A stretch of 64,000 nucleotides of DNA from Lama guanicoe. Taxonomy: Eukaryota. The stretch covers positions 2,928,524 through 2,992,523 of the forward strand of contig MU053873.1 of the NCBI GenBank assembly GCA_013239625.1, written 5' to 3'. The notes beneath the pieces were generated by a model. It made no database searches, was not told the origin of the DNA, and worked only from the letters and a program-made list of their open reading frames with translations. Both the position numbers and the translations under genes were made by a program. Below are positions 48,681 through 62,053 of this stretch, in pieces (within the stretch, counting starts at the first letter, position 1; every line of letters starts with the position of its first letter).

Positions 48681-51269
48681 GTGGAATCACCTAGTTTAGA
48701 AATGGACAGACAACCCAGACCTACCGTGGGAACTCGGGGACAGGAGATTCCGGTCAATTATTAAAACTAAGACAAAAGAACATTTAAGGATTAACCTGCC
48801 TACCTCGCCTCAACACCTACAAGCAAGCCTGCCTTGAAGTATGCATGATACAGTATTTCACTTCCATGAGCTCTCTTCCTATAACTATGTCTCAAAAAGG
48901 GGAGAGGAGAGGGTATTGCATTGCCTGCTTTGGTATAACAATTTCACATTGTCCGCTAAGTGGACTATTTATATGATTTTTGCCCTTTGCAGCAGGAACC
49001 AAGAGAATAGGAGTTATAGTAACAGTACTACCAATAACAATAACACAGTAATAATTGTAACAATTTCAGCAACAACAACACTAATCGTAATCAGGCGAAA
49101 GAGCTTGCAGCACTTAGGAAAGGGGCCAGCATCCCCACGCGGCCCAGGACAGGGGAACCAGGGGAAGGGAAGTGACTCTCTCAAGGTCACACTCCAGACA
49201 GCGCTGGCTTGGGAGAAGGACCTGGCCTCCCAGCACCCAGGCCAGGATCCTTTAACAACAATGCCAAAGAAAACAATAACCGTCAGGATTCTGGGCTGCT
49301 TCTTCTGAGCCAGGCATTGTGTCGGCACCTTGGCAGACAGTATTGCAAATCATCACAAGACCCCTGAAAGGAGGCATCGTCAGCCCATTTCCCAGATGTC
49401 CTGAGCCCCCATGGTGTAGGATGTAAGCCAAGGGGCAAAGACAGGCTCAGAAGAATCCCTGCCTGGAGGAGGGAGGAAAAGCCTGCAGAAGAGGTACGGG
49501 GGCATTTCAAGGGCTGCCTGGGAGCCTGCACCCTGGTTCCAGCAGAACAGTTTTGCCCCAACTCTCTCTCCCTCTCCTTTCCCATTTCTACTGCATTCCG
49601 GTCTTTCTAAAGCTACGCTTTCAGCTGCCAGGGATGCTGGCTTCAAGGTCCACGGGAACGGTGCCTGGGGAATTTGCAGAGCTACCTTAGCTACGGGCAA
49701 GCAAAGGTTGCCATGGAAACCCTTCATCCCTTTCCAGACCTGCAGCCCATTCTCCGTCCTCTGACGCTCCACCCCCCACTTCCCCACCACACAGGGGCAA
49801 GGTTGACCAGAGAGCCCAGATAAAGGCAGGGTACAAAGGCAGGTCTTCCTTTGATGCACACTCGCCTCTCTGCCTCTGGCCTCCTTCAAATCCATCCTAC
49901 ACCTGCTGCTCAAATGATTATCTACTGCCCAGTTCAAATTATGTCACTCCTCTGCTTAAATCCTGTGTTGGCTTTCCAGTAGCTGAAGGAGCAAACAAAC
50001 TCTTTGTTCTGAAATTTAAAATTGTCCCCCTTCTCCATAATAGAGCTGCATGTGAGCACTAAAGTTTTGCTACCCCACCAGTCCGTAGGCTCTAAGAGGC
50101 CCCCAGGTCTGTCTTGTTCATCGTTGCTTCCCTGGTGCCTAGTGCAACTCCAGGCTCACAGTAGGCACTCAGGAAGGAGAAAGAATGAGGAAGGAATGAA
50201 AAGTGAGAATTTTCTCTGCATCAGTTGTCCATGAGATAAATTTAAGTTCAACATCCTTCCTCAAAATTCTTCCTCCAAGACTGGGCAGGTCTACACCCCC
50301 AAATCTCTCTGCCCAAATCCTCCTCATTCTTAGAAGGCTCAGCTCAGTCGCCACCTCCTCCAGTAAGGCCTCCCAGATGCCCCTTTTAACAACAAATGTC
50401 TCTCTATTCTAGAGTTCACTGGGGTGAGCTGCATGTGTACGAAACACCTTTCCCTTTCCTCTGTAAGGCCTTTGAGTTTATGGAACCTGTAGTCTTCGTC
50501 CCTGGGCCCCCAGTGACTAGACCTTAGCACCCCGAGGTGCTTAAGAAGCAAATATATCTCAGATTTATTTGCATCAAATAAATGATGATTTACTGTGATT
50601 CTCCCTTATTCCAGGGCCCCTGAAGCCAGCTCATGGTAGGGCCAGGTTCACAGCTTCTACTCGCCCGCCACTGGGGTGATGGGACACTCTGCTGATTTTT
50701 CTTCTTTGGGGGGTTTAATGGGTTAAACAGAATTACCAGGCCCCGTTCTTTGATGAACTTCAGTGCTCTCACATCTTCTCTTAGTCGTCCTGTTACTGTC
50801 CTTGGCCCCTTTGCGCTGTTCTCCATGAATCCGCTGGAGTGATGCTTACAAAGCCTCAGCCACAACAAGGTCACACCATGGCTCAAAACCCTCCAAATGT
50901 TTCCCTCTCTTTCTAAGTAACAGCTGAAGCCCTCAGTCTCTGAGATGATAGGCTGCCCTATCTAGTCCACATTACCTCCGCCTCCTCACTCATTCAGCTC
51001 CAGCACCCTGGCCCCCTTGCACATCCTGAGCATGGTCCTGCCTCAGGGCCTTTGCACTTGCTCTTTTCTCAATCTTAATGCTGTTCCCTCCGATATCCGC
51101 ATCTCATTCATCTGCTCTTTCCCCACTCAGTGTCACCTTCTCCCAGAGGCTTGCTCTGATCATCCCTTACCTGAAATCCTCCCCCTGCTTCTTAATCGTC
51201 TTCAAGTAAGGGGCGGAACCCAATACTCTCTGCTGTATTCTATGCATGTTTGTTTACCTTCTGTCTCCT

Positions 51270-51729
51270 TATAGTGGGTCAAATGGTCTCCACCAAAAAG
51301 ATATGCTCAAGTCTTAACCCCTGGTGACCCTGGTGAATGTGGCCTTATTTGGACACAAGGTCTCTGCAGAAGTCATCAAGCTACGATGAAGTCAGACTGT
51401 ATTAGGAAGGATCCTCATTCAATAACTGATGCCCTCATAAGAAGAGAGGAATTTGGACACAGACATAGAGGTGAGAATGCCAGGTGACGACAGAGGCAGA
51501 GTGGAGTGATGTATCTCCAAGCCAGGGACACTGAGGGTTGCCAGTGACCACCAGAAGCCAGGACAGAAGCGTGGCACAGATTTTCCTTGGAGCCTCCAGA
51601 AGGGATCGACCTTGCCGACACCTTGATGTCAGACATCTGGCCTCCAGAACTGTGAGAGAAGACATTTCTGTTGTCGTAAGCATCCCCGGCTTGTGGTTCT
51701 TTGTGACAGCATCCCTGGGCACTGATACC
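51270..51729 (+). mobile_element. MLT1C-like MaLR solo LTR inserted into an L2
   Basis: tatagtgggtcaaatggt...aaaagatatg...gaatgtggccttatttgga...tggcctccagaactgtgagagaa...tgtggttctttgtgacagca...actgatac. Confidence 0.85.
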
Positions 51730-54700
51730 CTCTCTCTCTCTAGAGCATCACCTTTCTAAGGACAAGACCATTCCCTGCTGCACCCTCAGCCCCTGGAATC
51801 CCCAGCATCCATGGTCTGGCAAGACTAGGCGCTGTATCAGTCCTTTTTCAGATGAATGAATGAATTCATGGGGTGAGTCTCAACTGAGAACCAAGTCCTG
51901 TGCTAAGCTCTCCTTAAGTTTCTCATTAACCCAAGACTGTGCCCCAGCACCTCCTCCAAGGAGTGATCAACCTCAGAGTAACAGCCGTGATTCCCGGACC
52001 ACTTTGCCAGTTCCTTGAGCACTTTCGGCCTCATGATCGCACCTGGCTCTCACCAATCAGCCAACAAGCTGAAGGAGCATTTATCATCAATATCATCAAT
52101 ATCTCAATTTTCCAGAGGAGGAAGCAAAAGAGAGGTACAGAGGTTTGCCCAAGATCACCCAACCAAAGAGGGGCTTGAACCTCACGCAGCCTGCCCCCTA
52201 TAGAATGAGACAGATCCAAGGCCCGGAGAGTATCAGCGCAGAAGAGCCTCAGGAGGCAGAGCTAGGTCGTGGTTATTGAGTGCCTACTGTGTGCAGGGAG
52301 GTGCTGCACATGGCATGTGGCCCCATGGACTGAGACAGGAGTGGGAAACGGGGCACTGTGGTCCTAGCTGTCAGTTTGGCCAGTAAGTCTGAATGCCAGC
52401 TTCAGGGAGAGCTGTGTGATGTGGGCAAGTGGTTCCCCCCTCTCTCTGAGCCATGGGGACACCTGTGAAGGCATCTGTGTTCCCTTATCACCTCTCCCAA
52501 AAGTCAGTATTCTATGAGCCTCTTAGGAATGACTGTTCTCACTGACGTGCACCAAGTCCCTTAACACTCAGCATCTCATTGTTAATAACCTCAAGGAAGC
52601 CAGGTTCGTACCCCAGGCCTCCCTTGTTCCTCATGCCGGGACACATGTGGCACTGGAGGCTGTGATGTGGACAGACAGTAATGCCAGCCTGTGGCATGAG
52701 GCAAAGGGCTGCCTTCTAAAATAAGACAGAAGCCCAAAAGCCCCAAAAGCTATTTTTAAGGGCGTTTTAGAACTGTTTGTTTTTAAAATATCATGAAATG
52801 GTTATCACCGACCTTTTTTTTTTTTTTCTCTCCTCCTGCCTTTTTCCCAAGCAGGTGCGGGAAGATTAGCGGTAATTTAAAAAGCAGGACTGCCTCTGTG
52901 TCAATTTCTGGCTAATGAGCAAAACACGCCGTGTAATTGCTATGTGTTGAAGGAGGCAACAATACATTTTCGGCGGCTGTTTAATATGCCGGGGCTTGGC
53001 TGAGCAGATGTTCTGAGACTCGCTTTCCAAGACGGAGGAGGCAAGCCCAGAACAAGAAGATGAGGCTTCCCTTTCTTTCTCCTCCACCCAGTGCTGGGCC
53101 CCTTGGAGGGCGTGAGACACGGCCACGTGCGTGGGACACGATCCACACCAGGTTCCCGGAGGCAGAGCCGACAGGCGGCCTAGAAACGGGCTGGGCCAGC
53201 AACAGGAGGGGTGCAAGAGTGTGCCACCCTTTGTCATCTGGCCCACCAGCCTCTGGATCCTAACAAGGTCTTATATTTTGACTTGCAGCAAGCCAGGGAT
53301 GTCCCCTGCTGGCTCTGCGATCCTCACATGTGCCATCAGCCTCTCTGGGTGTTGGTCTCATCACCTCTCAAATGGGGATCGTAACACCCCGACGCATCTC
53401 GTGGGGATGAAACGAACGAATGAACAGGCGGGGATGCTCTTCTCTAAAGTGTCCATGTGACTCACTCCGTCACGAGGGAGCTTGGACACCCACAGCAGGT
53501 CACCCTTCCCTGTCTGCATCTGGCTCAGTCCTTTGAGCTGGGGAATCGGTGGACCGGGACATCAAACATCACATCTTCACGAGGCCTTCCCTGCCCACCT
53601 CCCAGCTCCTTGAGGGTGAGAATTTATCCTCCGTGTTTTTCTCTCACTGATGAACTCCAAGTGCCCGGCCCATAGTAAGTGCCCAATTCCTCTTGAATAA
53701 ATGATGCGCCTGGAATACTCAGCCTAGTGCCCCTGACACAGCAGTGGCCCTGGAAGGGACAGTGTATAAGTTATTATTTAAATTGCACAGAGTGAAGCGT
53801 TTTCACATTGCATTAAGTGTCTGCCATCTGCCAGGCATAGGATCAGATGCTTTTGAATGAATTCCCTTCCCAGTCCTTCCAACAACCAAGTCAGGCAGGT
53901 ACCATTATCACTGCATTCAGTGGAGCTCAGGGAGACGAGGCAACAGCCCGCATTCACACAGCTGACGAGAGGCAGGGCTGATTCCATGTCACCTTGTGTC
54001 TGAATTCCGAGTCAGCTTCGCAGGGCCAGCCCTGTGCACCAGGCGCCTGAACACAGGAGGCCCCTGATAAGCAGGGCTTCCCTTCCACCACGGAGGAGAG
54101 GTTGTTTGGTTGGAGTCAAACGTGAAAGAAGGGGAGACAGCGCAGGAGACAGAGGGAACAGCATGAGCAGGGGGAACAGCATGAGAGAAGGTGCAGGGGT
54201 CAACCGGATAGATTTCTCATGCATCTCCTCTGGGCCCAGCCCTGGGAAAGGCGCAGTGAGGGCTACAGCAGGAGATTTAGCCCTGCCAGGGGGAGAAACA
54301 GCACCTGGGAGACACAAGTGAACAATAAAGGAAGGAGTCAAATAAATCCCATGATTCAATGATATTTGAGTATCAAGAAGCTCAAGAAGCTCCACTCCCA
54401 GGCGGGTGGAGGGAACCCAACCTCCCTAAGTTAAGCCAAGGCTGAGTGGCAGGTGGGGGCCCGAGGGGGTGCTGTCGGAGGTCAGAGAGGGAAGAGAATG
54501 ACACTGAAATGAGTGGCTTCCAGCTTAGGTCTGTGTGCAGCAGCCCAAGGTCACGCCAGCAGGTTTAAGATGCATTTCCTCAGCGTGGAAAGTGACAAGA
54601 GAGAATGTTTAATGACCCCAGTGGCCCAGGGTGTCAGAGCACCAAGGTGGTTCCACGTTAAGGTACCTGAGCAGGATGAACTGCCCCTTGGATCTGAAGA

Positions 54701-57167
54701 AGCAGCAGCTTATGGAGCTGGACAGGGCTGGGGGCTGGGTCTTGTATTCATGCCCCTCGTGGATGCAAAGCCAAAGAACTTGAGCTTTGAAGTCCTTGGG
54801 GGCTTGGATTCAAGCCTGCTTCTCACTAGCCTCCGTTCCCTCCTCTATAAAGTGAGGATTAGCATGGTCCCTCTTCAAGGATTTGATGGCTAAAATGATG
54901 CTTTGTGAACAACATTACAGAAATCGGGGGCAGACGACACCCGCCTGACGGTGCTCAGAAAGACGGTGTTTCGAAGGAATGAACTTGTTCACCCAGCAAC
55001 TTCTTGGTGCCCACCTACTATGTGCAAGACACTACAGTGTGTGCTGGGGAGATGGGGGGGAGTCATTGCCCAGGGTTCACCCCCAAGCTGGGAGCAGGGT
55101 CCTTCCTGCAGTTCCTATTCAGCAGTTAAAACTACGTGTTCCGAAAGCAAAACCAGACCTCTGCGCTGGTTGTTTTGAGAGGCAGGCTCGCCGAGTGGTT
55201 TGCGGCAGGGTTTGGGGTCAGATGGGGCTGGCTGGACTTGTGATTCCTTCTGGACTGCCCCGGCCTCAATCAAGCGACTAACCCCTCTTAGAGCTTCAGG
55301 CCCGCCATCTGCAAATCCACAGTAAAAACAGGACCTATTTCACAGAGCTCTTGTGAGAATAAATTGAAAAAAAAAAAAAGTGTGCGGAGCCCGGCTCACC
55401 ATCAGCACCTGAAGGGCAGCCACGGTGACTCTTGTCGCAATGACTGTTGCAGTTGTTGTGCAAGCACTTCCGTGGTCTTGCCTCTCACGCTGCTGCTCCC
55501 GGGGGAGTTTCACTCCCCTCTGGCGTCTGCAAGTCATCAGAACCATGCCTGCCTCATCGCAAGATGCTAGGTTTCGAAGTGAACGAAGGAGCACTGAATG
55601 AATACCGTCTTGTCACAGGGCCATCTACATCAACAGGGTTCCCCGCCTTTTCCATTCTTCCAGATGGAAGTCGCATTTTTAGCTCTTATGCTCCCTTGTG
55701 TGTTTCCTCTCACGAGGGTTTCGCCCAACGGAAGCTCAAGCTCGCAGCAGGTGCCTATGAAATCCCCGCCTCCACGCCTGGGCGTCACCTGGGGCTACCT
55801 TGTGTCAAAGATACTACTTTGCCATCAACAGGATGGGGCCCAGAGCCACACCTACGCCACCGTAGCCCGCCTGCCCCTTTGACCGGTGCCTGCCCCTTAA
55901 TAATGGGGACACGGTTTGCTCAAGCCCCTGCCTCTGTCCATCTACCAACCGCCCTGGGGTGTGGGGAAGACTGCAGCTTTTGTACCCTCTCCCAGCCCCT
56001 TTGGGTCCAGCACCTCCTCCATCAAGAATAATCCCAGGCCGCTGACCAGACCGATGGTGGAAAATGAATATTCTGGCCGCTGTTCAGTTTCCAGATTGAT
56101 TGGGGACAAAAAGGAACTGGGCCCCCTCAACCAATCATCCAAGGCAGCCAGCTGTAACTAGGTATACACTTCAGCAGCCGGTGTGTGAAATAGCACACCC
56201 GCACTCTGCTGATGAAAAAAAAAACCACCCAGATCATTATTCGCCGCAGTCACTGGCTTGGAGGCCTGGGAGTGGGTGGGATGGGCTCGGGGGGAGATGG
56301 GACCACCTCAGTAGCCACAATAATTTTATCATTAACAGCACCCCATACCACCCCCCACTGTATACTATGAAATGTGTTTTGTCTTCCACAGTGCTTTGGC
56401 GAAGTAATAAATCATTCAGTTCCTGGGTTTTATTAAGCAAATGATAAGAGTAACACTTAAATAGTGTTTGCTTTCTGCTAAGTGCTTTACATGTATTAAT
56501 TCAGTCCATCCTTCCAGCAACCTTGCAAGGTAGGTACTATCATGATACCCATTTTAAAGAGGAGAAAACTGAGGCACACAGAGAGAAAGTAACCTGGCGG
56601 GTTCACCCAGCTGCTAAGTGGTTCCAGCCCCCTCTCTGACGCCTCTGGACACCTTCACGCAAACATTTATTGGGAGTCTCCTCTTTGCGAGGCATTGCAC
56701 CAGCCTCTGAGGATAAGGGGCCCCAGACCTGGTCCCTGACCCCTTGGAGACGCTGCAGGCAAAGCAGACATGTAAATGAAGACAGGAAGGAAGGTACAGC
56801 TGACAGGAGAGGACTCTCGGAGGCAAGTCAGCACGAAGAGCTTCACAGTGATGATTCTATACGATCCCTGTGATGCCCCTTTGAGGTAGGAACTGGTTGT
56901 CCTTGTCTGACACGTGGGAACTCGGAGGCTCAGAGAGATGAATTCACACCTCAAGGAAGTGGCTGAACTGGGATTTGAAGCCAGGTCTGTGTAAACTCAA
57001 GATCCCACTACCTCGAGGTTCCTTGGAACACAGGTCTGGAAAGCCTGCATGTTCAGCGGCAGCTTCTGGGAGGTGGGATGGTGAGCTGAGTACTGGGGGG
57101 AGGGGGCTCAGTATGATGAAGGGGCAGCAGGGAAGGGTCTCAGGTGGAACCTGTATTGAGAGAAGAT

Positions 57168-57297
57168 GGTGTGTATGGGGGTCTGGTGTGTATGGGGGTC
57201 CAGTGTGTATGGGAGTTGGTGTTTAGTGGGTGTTGGTGTGTATTGGGGGGCTGGTGTGTATTGGGAGGCAGTGTGTATGAGGGAGCTGGGGTGTGCG
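57168..57297. repeat. Degenerate minisatellite, about 17-bp unit GGTGTGTATGGGGGTCT, about 7 copies
   Basis: ggtgtgtatgggggtct ggtgtgtatgggggtcc agtgtgtatgggagtt ... ggtgtgtattggggggct ggtgtgtattgggaggc agtgtgtatgagggagct. Confidence 0.85.
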
Positions 57298-58864
57298 GGC
57301 TTCTGCGGGGCCAGAGAAGAGAGCAGGGTAAGCTGGAGGGACATGGTGACAGTGAGGTCCTGGAGGCTGGCAGTGCTCATGTCAAGCTGAGCCTCCGAGG
57401 TCAAAGTCAGGATGTCATCCTGCAGGCAGTATTGACAAATGTTAAGCTAGAACGACCTGACCTGTGAGCTGGCAGATTCAGCCTCAGTTTTGCTAAATAT
57501 AGAATCCCCAGCAGGGTTTTCAAAACCCTCACCTTCTTTCTCAGACCCTCCCCCTTTCAAAGACCATAAGGGGCTGGGGACCGCAGACTGGGAACCAGTG
57601 GTCTAGTTTATAACTACCTTTCTGAGGGACCCTTTTGAAATAAATGTCACAACTGGAATTAATCAAGTCCATAGGCTGGAAAGGTTTGCCCCCCTCACCC
57701 CCAATCCCATTCCTAATTTTTAATGTTTCCCTTCCCAGGCAGATCAAAAAATACATAAGTAAACGGTTTAAAAAAAAAGTCGCCTGTTTTGGAGAGCTGC
57801 AGAAATGCCCAACCACACTGGGAAGACCATACATCATTCAGGCATGAGGAGGTTTCAATAACACCAAAGTTCTCAAGCAATTAGAGGGTCGGCCTCTCTG
57901 TTCAGCTCTGGAGCCCTAATGGGCTGGCAGCTGTGAGTCTCTGGAAAAAAGCCACGTGCTGAACCGCAGTCTCTCTTCAAACTCCCAACATAATCGGGCT
58001 CAGGGACAGGTCTAAAGGCAGAGGTAGCTGAAGACTTGTCCCCAAGTCAACCTGGAGGGACTGTCATCACTAAGAAACCGCCAGACGGGAAGGTGGCCTT
58101 GGTGGAAGGGGGCCAGGATGAGATGGAGACTGAATCCTTGAGAGATGGGGGTGAGGACCCAAACATCTCTGTGAAGGGAACCTGGAGGGCAGGGCCCAGG
58201 GAGGGCAGGTTCAGGAGGCACCTCTGACATTGTGAGAGCATCGCCCAGGCCAAAGCCTCGTGCCGTTTCCTGGGGCCTCTCTGCTGCTTTGCAACCAGAG
58301 AGCCTCGCTCTTACTTAACCTGATTGTGTCCCTTCTTTCTCTGCTTCGAGTCTTCCAGTGGCTCCCAGACAGCCCCCAGTATAGATTCTTTGCAATGACA
58401 CAGGAGGCTTTCTGTTCTAGTCTTCTGGCCGCCCTCGAGAGTGATGCCCCAGGTATGCAAAACTGCTGGTCTCCCCTGCAAGGACCAGATATGCCCATCC
58501 TCGAGGGCTTTGCTTCACCCATTTTCTTGGTTTAGAATGCCTTCTCTCCCTCTCACCTGGCTAATTTCGATTTATTTTTAATACTCAGCACAAATGTTAC
58601 CTCTTCCAGGGAGCCTTCCTAGAATACACCCCATCACACTCTCACAGCCTCTATACCCCTCTAGTAGCTCATTGGTTGACCTCTCTTCCTCTCTGGTCTG
58701 GCAACTCCCTGAGGACAGTGTCTGTGACTGTGTCTTACATGTCCCTGTGTTCCTCCCACCTGCCAAAGAGCCTGGCCATGGTAGATATTCAGTAAATGTC
58801 TGTTGAATGCATGAATGAAAAATTAAATGAATGAATGACTGCATGGACAGTCCATGACCATGAT

Positions 58865-59105
58865 TCTGAACCAAGTGTGATTTTGCCTCCAGGGAATATC
58901 TGGCAATATCTGGTGAATTTTTTTGTTTGTCACGACTGTGGTGAGGGGAGGGTGAGCTATGCTACCAGCACCCAGTGGTAGAGGGGCCAGGGATGCTGTT
59001 AAATATCTTATAATGCATAGGACATACCCCTACCCATCCTTCTTGCCCCAAACAAAGATTTATCTAACCCAAAATGCTAATAGGGCTGAGAGTGAGAAAC
59101 TCTGC
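58865..59105 (+). mobile_element. MER20 hAT MITE
   Basis: gtgattttgcctccagggaatatctggcaatatctgg...gtagaggggccagggatgctgttaaatatcttataatgcataggac. Confidence 0.85.
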
Positions 59106-60559
59106 TCTGTGTGTCAGGTCCTGCGGCTACTGCTGTTGGAAATGAGAGATGGCAAAGAAATGTTAAGTTCTTAATCTGGCAAAGCACATAAGAGCAACAG
59201 CTGAGAAACTACTAGAAAACAGAACAGGACAGAAACACTTACTGAACATCCCCAAGTATCAGGCACTGTGGGTATCTCAACCCTGCTGAACTCCTACTCA
59301 TCCTTCAAAACCCAGCTTAAACATCACCTCCTCCAGGTAGCCTTCCCTGATGCCCCAACCCAGGTTCAGTCTTCCCGTTCCCTGCTGCTGCAATTTCCAT
59401 TACACCATCTTGTAATTATTTGTGTATGTGACTATCTCCCCTCCACCCTGAGGACAAGGGCTGTGTCCTAATTGCCTTTATTTCTCTGGTTCCTGGAGAA
59501 TAGTGAGTAGTTGACTAAATGCTTTGGGGAAATGAACATCAGGAACAGGACTATTGCAGCCATCAAGCCCACAGTGGGTTTCCCTGCCTTCTGGAACCTG
59601 GAGGACGCCTGTGTAAGGACCACCATGGCCGACATGCCCAAGTATACAGATGAGCTCCGCCCCCAGTCATGACCTGCCATGGAGGAGGAAGGCTGCTCTG
59701 CGCTGTCAGTACTTTGTCATTGACTCTGCTGCCAAGCCAGAGAGCAAGACATTCTCCCAAAGAGCCTGTCAACTAACAAGCTATAAATTAAAAAGGAGGG
59801 AAAAAAAAGGTCTGCTAATTCTGACCCACTCTATTTTTTACTCGCAGCTGCTTGGGAGGGAATGCACTGTGACTTTCAGAGGGAACATTTCTTTGGCTGA
59901 AGTTCCTCTCTCTCTGCCTGCCCCGTCATTTCCCTCCTCCAGGGTCCAGCCTGGTTGGAGCCAAGGGAACATGTGCTTTGGGGTTCAAATTCTGGCTCCA
60001 TCACTTCTTAGTCATGTTTCTCTGAGCCTTACTTCCCCCACCTGCATAATCCCAGTATCTGAGCAGTTCTAGGAAGCATGAGGTGAGAGGTTCTCCCACG
60101 CCCCCCACACTAGCATCTCCCAAGTGCCTGCAGAGGATCTGAAATCACCTGCAGGAAGCTTTTAGTTCAAAAGGGAGGCAGGACTTCTGATCCCTAGAAA
60201 AGACCCTCACCATCCCTAGCTCCCAATCCCCAACTCTTGTCCCTCAATGTTCCTTTCTAACGTTTAGAGAACATTAACACTCTGATCTGTCCAAGATACA
60301 GGGTTCTCAAACATCACTGAGCCTTGCAACTCCCCACCCTGCGCACATGAGGAAACTGAAGCTCAGAGAGGAGAGGAGAGCTTGGCTGGGCTACACGGAG
60401 AGGCGTGCAGAGGCGCTGGGCCTCCGGGCCTCACTCAGTGTGCTGTCTTTTTCCCTTTCATAATAATAACAATGACGTCTGTCATTTATTACGCGCTTGC
60501 TAATGTGCTAGGAACTGAATTACCTGAATAACTTATGAGGAAAAAAAATACCCATCAAA

Positions 60560-61585
60560 GGGAAAACTGATACACTGAACCTCATTAAAATTAAGAATTT
60601 CTGCTCTTTGATAGATATTGTTAAGAAAATGAAGGCAAGCCACAGAAACTATCTGCAGATCTCATATCTGATAAAGAATTATACCCAGAATATATAAATA
60701 ATTCTCCAAACTCAACAGTAATAAAACAAGCAACCCCCAATGTGGGCAAGACACTGTGCCATCCAAAGATATATGGATGGCAAGGAAGCTCATGAAATGA
60801 CGCGCAACACAGTAGTCATTAAGGAAATGCAAATTCAAATCACAGTGAGATACTCTGACACATCTATTACCATGGCTAAAAAGCCGACAGCAGCCGAGTG
60901 TTGACAAGGACAGGGAGCACCTGGAACTCTCATATGTCTGTGATGGGACATAACACGGCACCACTTTGGAAAACAGGAAGTTTTTAAAAAAAAGTAAACC
61001 AATACCGTCCATATGATTATGAAATTCCACTCGTATGTGTTTACCTAAGGGAAATTAAAACATGTCCGTATAAAGTCCCGCACACATGTCCACGGCAGCT
61101 CTGCTCATAACAGTCCCAAACTAGAAATGACCCAACTGTCCCTCAGCAGATGAATGGATAAACAAACTGTGGGGCACTCAGGCAACGGAATGCTAAAGGG
61201 ATGGCCTCTTGACACCCACACCAACCTGGATGAATGTCGAAAAACATGATACTGAGTGAAAGAAGCCAGATTAAAAGAAAAAAAAAATGAGTGCACACTT
61301 CATGATTCCATCTATAGAAAATTCTAGAAAATGCAAGCTAATATATAGTGGCGGTGGTATTCTAGGGAAGATGGGGGAAGTGGGAAAGGATGAGAGGGAG
61401 GAATTTTTACAAAGGGCACGAAAACTTCTCAGGGAGTTGGATGTGTTCATTACCTTGGTTATGGGGATCTTTTCAGATATACACACACACACACACACAC
61501 ACACATATATTTTAACAAATTATACATTTTAAACATGAGCAATCGATTAAGTGCCAATTATTCCTCAATAAAGCCGGTAAAAAAC
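60560..61585 (+). mobile_element. L1MB/MC-like LINE 3' region containing a (CA)n microsatellite (about 61480-61505)
   Basis: ctcattaaaattaagaatttctgctc...gtcattaaggaaatgcaaattcaa...gatgaatggataaacaaactgtgg...tactgagtgaaagaagccaga. Confidence 0.85.
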
Positions 61586-61924
61586 AAAAACCCTATGAGG
61601 TCAATGCTGTTTTCGTCCTATTTTACAGAAGGCTAAACTGAGTTTCAGAGAGGTTAGGTCACGCGTACAGGGTCACCCAGCTAGTAAGTGGTGGAAGTGG
61701 GACTCAAACCCAGGGGGCGATGACTAGTGAGTCCCACTTCTCAGTCGCCAGGCGAGTCTGCCCCCAGCTCCCACAGAATTGCTGTTATCTGTCACACGGT
61801 CTGTAAGGTCTGCTTTGGAGAGAGGGAGAGAGAGAGAGAAAGAGGAAGAGAGAATTCTTCTAGAATTCCTTCCATTCATCCCTCTCTGCCCCACCAGCTT
61901 TCCTCAGGCTGCACGGATGTGCCT

Positions 61925-62053
61925 TCTGTCATTATGCATTAGTTTGCATTTTCTACAATTTTATGTAAGTGGAATCATGTAGTGTGTAGTCTGTTTTTCT
62001 GATCTGGCCTCTTTCACTCAGTATAGCATGTTTTGAGGTTCATCCATGTTGTT
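61925..62053 (-). mobile_element. Short L1 3' UTR fragment, inverted relative to the neighbouring L1
   Basis: tagtttgcattttctacaattttatgtaagtggaatcatg...ctggcctctttcactcagtatagcatgttttgaggttcatccatgttgttg. Confidence 0.8.

Noticed and set aside
55447..56031. 194-aa ORF, and similar 150-185 aa ORFs at 44048, 44181, 49380 and 63185
   Set aside because: No family resemblance, and no poly-A or TSD to suggest a retrogene; such lengths are expected by chance in GC-rich introns.
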